A stretch of 64,000 nucleotides of DNA from the human T2T-CHM13v2.0 reference genome, Homo sapiens, in the NCBI RefSeq assembly GCF_009914755.1, contig NC_060932.1, one strand, 5' to 3'. This document shows positions 53,801 to 64,000 of the stretch, piece after piece. The notes below the pieces were generated by a model. That model did not search any database, had not been told where the DNA came from, and was given only the letters and a program-made list of their open reading frames with translations. Each line of letters begins with the position of its first letter. Position 1 is the stretch's first letter. Made by a program: the position numbers and the translations under genes.

Positions 53801-55263
53801 CCCGGTCAACTGTGCTTGTGGAATTATTCCTACTTGAGGCTCATGGAGTGTGGTTGGTGGCTGAAGACCCAAACCTCACATTGAAAATCATGATCACACT
53901 TGTTTCTGATGTTAGTTGCTTATTGTAATTCTTGCTTCAGTGCTAGAAGATCTTTGTGGCTGGATACTTCCTTTACTGTTTGAAATTGAAGGATGGTCCA
54001 CCTTTGGGTGGTACCCACATGGCGTTCTTAGCCACTCTTGAGTCGTTAACTGAGAAGCTCTGTTCCTGTGCAGTCACTGTAGCTTTGTCAAATCATAGTC
54101 CAAGCGGTGTCTTCACTTGGATTGCCTTTTGCACTTGCAGTTAATTTCTGAAAATCTTACATAACTCTTTGATATTGATATTATCAATATTGATACATAT
54201 CGCAAAATGTAACATGATATATCACAGTAGGTTGGTGTAGCTCTTGCTTAATTCATGTTGACAGATTTGATGGACTACACATTAAAATTATTGCTACTTA
54301 AAAATATATCATAACTTTTAAAATTATTTCGAATATGTTGCCGAACCAAAAGTATATAAAACTCAAAGTTAATCATTCCAGAGACTGATAAGAAGATAGC
54401 TTATTATCTAAAACTTCATGAAAGATGTCCTTTTAAAATGCAGTAAAAGATTAATTCTCATTTTTATTTCTGTTTTGACTTAACATTTACAGCTAGTCAC
54501 TTAGCCTTTAAAAGACGTTTACGTCAGGAAATTGTATTACTGTTCAAATTTAATGATGTGTTTTTGATAATTGGTATATTTAAAACTTATACATTTTCAA
54601 GGAAAATTAACTAGGTTTGATTGCACATATTTTAAAAATTCTAGTGGAATGCAATAGGTACACTGTACAAAATCTATTTTAAAATGCTACTAAGTAATAA
54701 AATGTTGGACAAACAGATGCAATTACATTATGAGAAAAACTAAATGTCAAAATTCTTCTAACAAATTGTAGCTTTTTAAGTCAAATATTATTTGAAATAA
54801 ATGGAACATTTATAAAAAATATTTTCCCTTGGTTTAGGAGTTTTTATGGCTGAAGCTTTGTGAGAATGAGATTTGAAGTGTGCAGACGTTACATTTAATG
54901 AGCTCCATGAGACATCCAAATTATTGGTTCTCATAGAAGCTTATTGAAATCAATGCATTCCTCAAAATTTACATGTCTATATTTACAGAATCTACAGATT
55001 GAATATGACAGAATCATTTTCTTTCTATAATGAATGCATTTGTAAGTAAATCGACCCGAGAAGATAGGTGCTATTGCCATCCTTCTGAAAATATTGAAAA
55101 TGTTTGTGAACATGTTAAGCACTAAGGTACATTCATTTTGTTTATTGCTAGGTTGTGGTGTGTCTGTGTGCATGCATGTGTTGGACATATATACATGCTA
55201 AGCAAAATTAGCATAAGGGCTAAAATAAAAATCAGCTCATCCTCTTTCTGTTAAAATTGGTGT

Positions 55264-55545
55264 ACCGGGCCATGTGGTGGCTCATGCTTGTGATCCCTGT
55301 GCTTTGGGAGACTGAGGCAAGAAGATGGCTTAAGGCCAAGAGTTCCAAACCAGCCTGGGTAACATAGCAAGACCCCCATCTCTACCAATTTTTTTTAATT
55401 AGCCATATGTGGTGGTGCACACCTATAGTTCTAGCTACTTTGGAGGCCGAGGCAGGAGAATTGCTTGAGTCCAGGAGCTCAAGATTGAAGTGAGCTGTAT
55501 TCACAGCACTGCATTCCACACAGCAAGACCCTATCACACAAAAAA
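55264..55545 (+). mobile_element. AluJ (Jo/Jr-like)
   Basis: GCTTAAGGCCAAGAG, AACATAGCAAGACCC and GCTTGAGTCCAGGAG diagnostics; diverged, short tail. Confidence 0.9.
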
Positions 55546-55649
55546 GTGATGTATGGAATGGATAACACTTTCATTATTCTATTCTCAAGAATATTTGAAT
55601 AGACAGAAAACAGAAAAATAAGTACAAATATAAGCACAAGTATTCTTTA

Positions 55650-56000
55650 TTTCCTTCATTAATTTAGCCAATATATATGTTAGGGTTGCTTACATGTCAT
55701 ATATTAGACAGTGTAGATAAAATAATACGTAAAATTATTTGACCTTTATAAACATATGACTAGTAGGGGAGGTTATCGAGGATGTCCATGAAATTAATCA
55801 TGGTAGGTGCTAAGATAACAGTCTGTGAAGAGTGGTGTGGGACAAAGGTGGGAGCCAGCATTCCTACGGAGCTGACTTCCCAGGGCATCAGGTGTTCATC
55901 AGGTGAACACTCCACACAAATACATTTCAGTCAAGAAATAGCAAGAGCAAGGCATCCTGGGCAGCAGACACATGTAGGCCAGAGAGCTGTATAAACTTCC
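55650..56000 (-). mobile_element. L2 fragment
   Basis: TTCCTTCATTAATTTAGCCAAT...GACCTTTATAAACATATGACTAGTAGGGGAG reverse L2 3' end. Confidence 0.5.
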
Positions 56001-57720
56001 TGGTGGTTTGAAATGATGATTCAGATGTATACATTCGGTATTTCAGTCAGTCAGTTAAGGTCATACAACCAAAAAAGTGTTCATTTTTGTGCTTTGGTGA
56101 CAATGAGTCTGGGAGCATCAGTTGCTGGAGTTCGTTTGGATGCATGAGCTCCCGGGTTTGTGGCTCTTGGAGCTCTCCTGGACTTTATCCCATGAGCAGA
56201 AGATAGCTGCTGAGCATTTATCTCTCTACGGACTTTGCCTTATCCAAAGTATTCTTGAAGATAAATTCAATCCACATCAGAGGATGAAGGCTGTTAAAAA
56301 TTCTCAGCATCTTAATTTAATTGACGAGTAATTATGTATGTGGGTTATCACAGCATGGGTGTTATGGAAGCCATTATAAGGAAAACCTAACAGAAAGCGT
56401 AGAGAGAGACAATGATTTACTTGCTTCCCTCAATACGATTCTCAAATGTGGAAGAAGGATTTGGAAAAGTCAATGTTTACCTTTTACCAGTTAGTCTTGA
56501 TTTTCACAGGAAAAAAATATATTTGGGGTTATTTCTTTAAATGAACTTTTTAATTTTAGAACAGGTTTAGGTTTCCAGAAAAGTTACAGATAATACAGAG
56601 AGTTCCCAGGTACTCCCCACCTAGTTTTTCTTAACAGTTACATTTTACATTGGTGTGGTACATTTGTTCCAATGAGTAGTCCAATAATAATACATTGATT
56701 TCAACTAAAGTCCATACTTAATTGAGATACCCTTAGTCCTTGCTTAACTCATACCTTCTGTTCTGGGATTTCACCCAAAGCATCACACTGCAGTTAGTTG
56801 CCTTATCTCCTTAGGGTCCTCTTGCCTGTGGGATTTTCTCAGGCTTTCACTATTTTGATGACCTCAACTATTTGACAATCGCGGATATGGTATGTTGTAG
56901 AAATCCATCAAATTAAGATATGTTTGGTGTTTTCCTCCTCATAGACTGTGGTTATGGTCATTTGGGAGGAAAATCACAGAGTTAAATTGCCACTTTTGTC
57001 TCTTTAAATCAAAGGTACATATTATGTATGTTACTTATCAATGTTGACATTGACCTTGGCCACCTAGCCACGGCACTGTCAGTTACTTCTACTATAAAGT
57101 TTCTCTTCCCCTGTTTCTATACCATTCCTTTTTGAAGAAAATTACCATGTGCAGCCCAAACATTCATTAGTGGAGAGGTGTGCTCCATCTCATTGAGGGA
57201 AGAGGAGCTACAAAAGTTATTTGGAATCTTACTTCATTTGGAGTTTTTCTATTTTCAACTATTAATTACTTGGGTCATTTATTTATACCTGTATGGACTC
57301 TTGGATATGTTTTACACTTTAAGTTATAATCCTACCATTTTATATATTTCGTTGTTAAATTCTGCCCCCCTGACTACTAGAAGTCTTTGCCATCGATCTT
57401 GTGTCGCTTTGACTTACCACTGGCACTATGTGTGTGTTTGCTGAGCAATTTCTTCCTTTCTGGCACTGCAAGACACTCTAGATTCATCTTGTGAATTCCC
57501 TTCAGTCCTAGAACCAGCCAGTTATCCAAGGAACCCTGGGTCTAGTGGAGTCCGATATTTGAAAGCAAGACCTGGTCATTAAGTGCAGTCATTTTTAATA
57601 GAGTATCATTGATCATAGGCCCCTCAGCTTCTAGAAAAGGAATGACATATACCTACAACCTTTTTATAAAAACTTATTTATAAATATTTCCATATATAAT
57701 CATGTGTATCTATACAGGTA

Positions 57721-57763
57721 AGTTTGTACTGATGACTTGGTACTGATGAGTTTGTACTGATGA
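57721..57763. repeat. 14-bp tandem repeat x3 (AGTTTGTACTGATG)
   Basis: AGTTTGTACTGATG ACTTGGTACTGATG AGTTTGTACTGATG. Confidence 0.9.
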
Positions 57764-60100
57764 TCTCTTGAACTCTGATACATCATCACATGGATCATTT
57801 CAGCCTCTCCTTTATCTGTAAACTTTCATGCTGAAAGTGAGAAAGCAGATTCCTATTTTCCATATGCATTTAATTAGTAATTCAATACCAGTATATAGTA
57901 TAGAAATATTGGAATTGTTAACTGTAGCCATGTAGGAAATCACTTCGCCAACCATAATAAGGGTGCTTATGTACAGTTCTTTTTGCTGTTGGTCTTACCA
58001 GTCTCCACTCACTTTCAAAGTTAATGTAGGTGGGCACCTTTTTCCTCACTGCCTTTGTCACGTCGTTTCATACATTTGTAATAGAGACATATTCTCTTGT
58101 TACATTCTGCCTTCCTTTCTAGGATCCTCTTACCTTCTAATATTTTTAAAATTTGCATATGTTAAGATCAACTGTGTGCTGTAAGGACATAAGGGTTTTA
58201 ATAAATGCATAATGCCCTCTATCCATCATTGCACTTATCATGCAGAAGAATTTCACTGCCTTAAAGAATCCCCATATGTGAACCCATTGGTATCCCTCCT
58301 CACCTCTTCCAGTCCCATGAAAACTCTACCTTTTCCAGAGTGTCAGATAATGGGAATTACATAATAATTCAGCCTTTTCAGTTTGACTTACTTTAATTGG
58401 TAATGTAACTGAAGATGCTATATATGTGTTTTCACAGCTTGATAGCTCACTTTTTATTACTGAATATTGCCTTTTATAAATGTACAAGAGTTTGTCCATA
58501 GACCAATTGAAGGGTATATTGGTTGTTTCTCGTTCTTAATGATTCTGATTAAAACTGCTAGAAACATCTGCATGCATGCAAGTTTTGTGTGTGCATAGGT
58601 TTTCAAATCTATTGAATAAGTCCCTAGGAGCTTGATTGCTGGGTTGAATGACAAGGTTATGTTTAGCTTTTTGAAAAATCGCCAGACTGCCTTCCACTTT
58701 GGTTGTACCATATTGCATTCCCACTAGAAATGAATGAGAGTTACTATTGCTCTAAATCCTGGCTATTAAGGGGTGTTGTCAATATTTTTTTATTTTAGAC
58801 ATTCTAATAGATGTGCAGAAATGTGTCATTATCTTAAATTTGCAATTCCCTGATAAAAGGTGATATTGACTATTGTCTCATGATTATCTGCCAGCTATGT
58901 ATCATCTCTAATGAGATGTCTGTTCAGATCTTTTGCCCATTTTTTAAATCTTATTTTCTTATTAAATTTTAAGCATTGTATATTTTAGATACAAGTCCAG
59001 TATTATATATTCATTTTGTAAATCTTTTCTCCCAGTCTATGGCTTGATTTTCATTTTTGAGACACTGTAATTTGCAGATCAGAGGTTTAAATTTTAATTA
59101 ACTGCAAATTATTAATTTTTTTCTTACATATATCATGCTTCCAAACCCAAGGCTATCTAGATTTTCTCCTATGTTTTTTTATACATGCTCTATAGTTGTT
59201 TGCTTTACATTCAGGCCCATGATCCACTTTGAGTTAATTTGTGTAAAAGCTTTATAATCTTTGTCTATTTTTTGGCATATGGAAGTACAATTGTTCCAGT
59301 ATCTTTTGTTGAAAAGTATCCTTTGCCTTTTGTTCTTTGTCAAAGAGAAGTAAACCTGATTCTATTCCTGTGGGTTTCTTTATGAACTATTTTGTTACAC
59401 TTATATACATATAATCTTTCTCCAAGATGGGTGAAAGACATTGTGGAGAATTGGTGTCATATTTCTTCTTTAAATGGGTGGTAGATTTCACCAGTTAAAT
59501 CATACAGGTATGATTCTATTTTGGAGAATGTAAATAATTATTGTTTCAATTTCTGCAATAGATAAAGGCTGATTTCAGATCTGTTTCTTCTTGAGTTTTG
59601 GTAGTTTGTGTGTTTCAAGGAATTGGTATTTCACCTATATGATCGTGTTTGAGGGTATAGAATTGTTCACAATATTCCCTTATTACCCTTTTATTATCCA
59701 TGAGATTAGTAGTGATGTCCCTCTTTCATTTCTGATATTACTTATTTGTGTCTGTCTCCTTTTTCCTGGTTATCTTGAATACAGATTTATCAATTTTATT
59801 GATCTTTGTAAAAAAAAATAGCTTTTTTTATTTTTCTTTTTTTTTTTGTTTTCAGTTTCCTTGATTTTTCTCCCAATATTTACTATTTCTTTTCTTATAA
59901 TTGCTTCAACTTAAATTTATCTTCTTTCTCTAGTTTTCTAAGATGTAATATTGATTGTAGATTTTTTCTTTTTCTAATTCACACATTCAGTGCTATAAAT
60001 TTCTAAGTGGTGTTTGTGCTGGATCCTATAAATTTTGATAAGCTGTATTTTCATTTCATTTATTTAAAAATATTTTTAAGCCATAATTTAAGCTGTACCG

Positions 60101-60161
60101 GTTACTTTCTAGGCTGAGATAGGAGGATTGCTGGAGCCCTGGAGTTTAAGTCCAGCCTGGA
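60101..60161 (+). mobile_element. Alu/FLAM-like internal fragment without head or tail
   Basis: AGGCTGAGATAGGAGGATTGCTGGAGCCCTGGAGTTTAAGTCCAGCCTGG. Confidence 0.75.
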
Positions 60162-63105
60162 CTTGAGACTTCTTGAATTCACATGTTAGTTAGAAATGTG
60201 TTGTTTAATCTCCAAATATTTTGGATTTTCCATCTATCTATCTGTTGATTACTAGTCTGATTCTATTGTGTTCTAAGAAAACAGTTTGCATGATTTTTGT
60301 CAATTTAAATTTTTTAGAATGTGTTTTGTGACTCAGAACATAGAATATATTAGTGAATGCTCCCTGAGAGCTTGAGAACAATATGAATTCTGGTTTTGGA
60401 TGGAGTATTCTCTAAATGTCAATTAGATCAAGTCTATGAATAGTCCTGCTCAAGTCAATTTTACGCTTATTGAGTTTTTGGGCTGTTTGATCTATCAATT
60501 AATGAAGGCATGGTGTTGAAGCCTCCAACTATAACAGTGGATTTGTCTGTTTTTTTCTTTCACTTCTTTCAGTTTCACCTCATGTATTTTGATGCTTTTA
60601 TTTTAGGTACATATTTAGGGTTGTTATGTCTTCTTATAGAATTGACCCCTTTATCACTATGTTATGCCTCTCTCCATCCCTGATAATTTAACTTGTTCCA
60701 AACTCCTCTTGAAGATACTTGAGCTACTCCAGTTGTAAATTAGTAAGTGTTTGTATGGTCTTTCTCTATCATTTTATTTCTAATCTGTCTTTGTTTTTAT
60801 ATTTAAAATGGATATCTTTAGGCAGAACATAGCAGGGTTTTGTGTTTTCATCGACTTTGAACGTCTTTGTTCATTGGTTAATTTAGGACATTTCTATTGA
60901 AAGTGACCATTGATATAGTTGTATTGATATCTACCGTGATTGTAACTATTTTTTATTAATTACATTTATTTGTTGTTGTTTTCCTTAGTCCTCTCTTTAT
61001 CTGATTTCTTTGGTTTTAACTGAACCTTATATCATTCTATTTTATATTGTTGTATTATATATACTTATTTATTTCTTTCTCAGCAATAGCCTTAAAGTTT
61101 GCAATATACTTATTTTTACTAATCTATATCCACTTTCACATGACACCGTACCTCTTGGTAGGTAGTACAGGTGCCGTCCAGAGTAGTCCCAATTTTTTTT
61201 GCTGTACCTTGTGGTGGTGGTGTCATTCATTTCACTTATTCGTCTGCTATAATCACCCAATGCATTGCTACTATTACTACTTTAAACAAATGGTTATCTT
61301 TTGATGAAGTAATAATTTTTTAACAGATTATAATTACCTTTATATTCTTTCTGCAGTAATCTTTTATGAAGACATGAATTTCTGGAGGATATCATTTTTT
61401 TGTCCCTTAAAAATTTGTTAAAATTTTCTCACAGGGCATGTCTGCTGGGGATCAATTCTCTGTTTTTGTTTGAAAAACTATTTTTTTCTTTACTTTTGAA
61501 TGTAACTATCACTAAATAAAGACTTCTAAGTTGATGGGTTTTGTTTTTGTTTTTACTTTCAATACATAAAATATTTCATTGCTCTCTTTTGTTTAAAAAT
61601 TTCTAACACAAAACCCAACCTACTGATGAGGCCATTAAAGACACTTTTTTCTTAATTATGTTGGTTATTTCAATGATTTTTGTTTGTTTCTAAGAGGCTG
61701 TATTTCTCTTACATTTCTCATCTTCTCTTGCACATTTCTTTTTCATTAGAGCCTTTAACATGTTAATCACTGTTATTTTAAATTTCCTGCTGGATAATAG
61801 AAAAATCTGTCATCTCTACATATGGTTCTGAAATTTGCTTTATCTCTTCAGACCGTTTTTTTTCCCTTGTTTTTTAGGATGCTTTGCAATTTTCTTCCTG
61901 CAAAATGAATATAATGTACCAGACAGTAGAAACTGGTAAACATATAAGTCAGGTGAGGTTTTGCTTATTCGACTAATAGTTTGGCTGTTCAATATTTGCT
62001 CTAGCTATAAATGCCAGTGGCTTCAGCTTCCTCCAGTGTCATTTCTAGTTCCCATGCTGTCTTTGGGCTTTGCTTAGAACTCTTCCTCAGAGTCTTCTGA
62101 AAGAAATATCATCTTGTGGCTCTTTCAGCCATAAGCCAGATATTATCCTTCAGCCCTGCTGGTAAGCCATGACCAGCGTGGGAAGTGTGGGGAACAGGAG
62201 CATTCTATGATCCTGTGATTAAATCTCAGGCTGGAGGTGGGCCAGTGTCTCTGGGCTGTGATGTTCAAACATGTTACTTAGTTTCTTTTAGGAAAGCTAC
62301 AGGGGAATGAAGGGGGAAGAAATGCCCTTTCCCCATTTGGGGTAAGTCTCTGGTGAAGTCTTCTCCCCTGATTGGTGGGCCTTTACCATAGAGAATGTGC
62401 TAAGTGTACGTCACAAAAGTTATTCTTGCATTTGTTCTGCCAGAGCCAAGAGAGACTCCATCTTGGATCTTCATCACGAGAACTTGATGAGCTTCCCAGA
62501 AGTAAGGACCACAAATGTTTGCCCCCCATCCCAAGACTGCTGTCCCCAGGAGATTCCCTCTCTCATGCAACTCCAGTGGTTCATCCCATTTACTATTAAG
62601 TGTTCCGACCACTGTATGGACCCCCAGGGTTTCTCCTCCAGGTCACGCGTCTCAGCCGTGGCTCTCTGGAGCTACCCATCTCTCCAGATTTCAGGGTAGT
62701 GGTTTTTTCTGCAAACTGCCTTTTCTAATGGGTCCAAGAGTGTATCTCCAAGTTGGTCTTGCTGTAAAGATAGGAATGATTACTTCTAAGCCTTTTGCGT
62801 CCTTACTTAGATTTATTTTTAAGGAAATCTCAAGAATATTATATTCTGTACCATGATAACCACCCTAAAATTTAGAAAGACTGTAAATACAGAGAGTCAC
62901 AGCTCAGCTGCTTCATGATCCAGATACCTTTATTGTTCATGATTGTGTCTTATTGTCCTGTTACTGATAAAAGAAGAAATATCAGACCAAAATTGTTGAA
63001 TTAATTGTTTGTCTTTTTTGATTGTCCCTCATGTATTTTGTGGATCCATTGCTAGGTTAGCATGCACTTATTTTTATGTCTGTCTAATACACTGACCCAA
63101 GACTC

Positions 63106-63458
63106 TGTGTTAGTCTGTTCTCATGTTACTAATAAAAACATACACAAGACTGGGTAATTTAAAGAAAAAGAGGTTTAATGGCCTCACAGTTCCATATGGC
63201 CTGGGATGCCTCACAATCATGGCAGAAGGCAAAAGTCACGTCTTACATTGCAGTAGGCAAGAGAGAGCGTGATAAGGCAAACTCCCCTTTAGGAAACCAT
63301 CAGATCACGTGAAACTTATTCACTATTATGAGAAAAACATGAGAAAATCCAACCCCCTTGATTCAATTACCTTTCATCCGGTCCCCCCACCCATGACATA
63401 TGGAAATTATTACAATTCAAGGTGAGATGTGGGTGGGGACACAGAGGCAACCATATCA
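63106..63458 (-). mobile_element. THE1 (B/C-like) MaLR solo LTR
   Basis: TGTGTTAGTCTGTTCTCATG...AAGACTGGGTAATTT...CACAATCATGGCAGAAGGC...GTGAGATGTGGGTGGGGACACAG...CCATATCA; flanks GACTC/CTCTC. Confidence 0.92.
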
Positions 63459-63539
63459 CTCTCTAATATACTAAGTCTGGTGGCTTCACCATTTTATGCT
63501 CCCCTGCCTGTTCTCTGAAGTCAGATAAATTCCAGAGGG

Positions 63540-63855
63540 TTGCTTTTCAGTGTATGGCCCTGGTCCAGGAACATTCACATAACTTGGGAATAGAGCGACC
63601 AAGTTCAGCAAATAAACACAAGACAACAGGATAATTTTAAATTTCAGATATACATGGAAGAAGGTTGTATAGTTTTCATTGAGTATCTGAAATTCAAATT
63701 CACCAGGGTGTCCTGTGTTTTTTCTGTCAGCTCCACCTGGGTACATTTCAGAGATGCAGACTCTGAGACCCCACTTCAGACCTATTGAATTAGACTCTGC
63801 ATTTTAATGAGAACGTCTAGTAATTTGTATGCATATTAAGGTTCAAGAAGTCCTC
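63540..63855. mobile_element. MER5A1 interrupted by MER53
   Basis: 5' piece GTATGGCCCTGGTCCAG; 3' piece CACCTGGG...AGATGCAGACTCTGAGACCCCAC...AGACCTATTGAATTAGACTCTGCATTTTAA...TGTATGCATATTAAGG. Confidence 0.7.
63590..63725. mobile_element. MER53 palindromic hAT MITE (internally deleted)
   Basis: TAGAGCGACCAAGTTCAGCAAATAAA...AATTTTAAATTTCAGATA and its inverted arm TATCTGAAATTCAAATT...GTGTCCTGTG. Confidence 0.75.
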
Positions 63856-64000
63856 TTCCAGTGGTCCAGTTTATGTTAGGGCAGGATGTTCAAGTGAAGC
63901 CTTACAGTGCATGTCTGCAGGAAATGGAAGCTCTTGAAGAGAAGCTGACCATGGTCACTGGTCACTACTCATTTCTGCAACCCTCCAATTACACCAGCTA

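Larger units (their letters stand above)
56535..62790 (-). mobile_element. L1MD (L1MD2-like) LINE, long copy with 3'UTR, ORF2 ends, ORF1/5' region and an internal ORF2 deletion near 59400
   Basis: ORF 58457-58711 (VQPKWKAVWRFFKKLNITLSFNPAIKLLG...MFLAVLIRIIKNEKQP) matches the L1 ORF2 C-terminus. The 3'UTR has TGGTACATTTGTT...AACTAAAGTCCATA. Endonuclease-region DNA (GTGTTGAAGCCTCCAACTATAA) lies at ~60515. The 5' boundary is uncertain. Confidence 0.85.

Overview
This is primate (most likely human) AT-rich genomic DNA, intergenic or deep intronic. I found no credible protein-coding gene, RNA gene, CRISPR array or prokaryotic sequence; every ORF I could assign comes from a repeat or low-complexity DNA. 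Much of the window is mobile-element fossil: a rearranged Tigger1, about 9 Alus, THE1/MST/MLT1 MaLR LTRs, an ERVL-class internal remnant (gag plus dUTPase, pol deleted), a ~6.2-kb L1MD-like LINE, other L1, L2 and MIR pieces, MER5A, MER53 and a piggyBac MITE (MER75A) with TTAA target duplication. Repeat families were recognised from remembered consensus sequences, not from a database search, so subfamily names and boundaries are approximate. The most unusual signal is a recurring set of short, non-tandem copy-paste insertions (30-330 bp) without poly(A) or target-site duplications. Four appear copied from 0.8-1.6 kb away and land inside or at the edge of older elements. There are also two serial template-switch mosaics and a young 86-bp tandem duplication. 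Together these look like fossil scars of templated DNA repair. The repeat-free stretches hold candidate regulatory elements (CTCF-like sites, a Sox/TCF cluster, a CCAAT-TATA module, CpG-retaining hairpins) and one well-bounded candidate non-coding exon. I cannot support a new biological system beyond these hypotheses.
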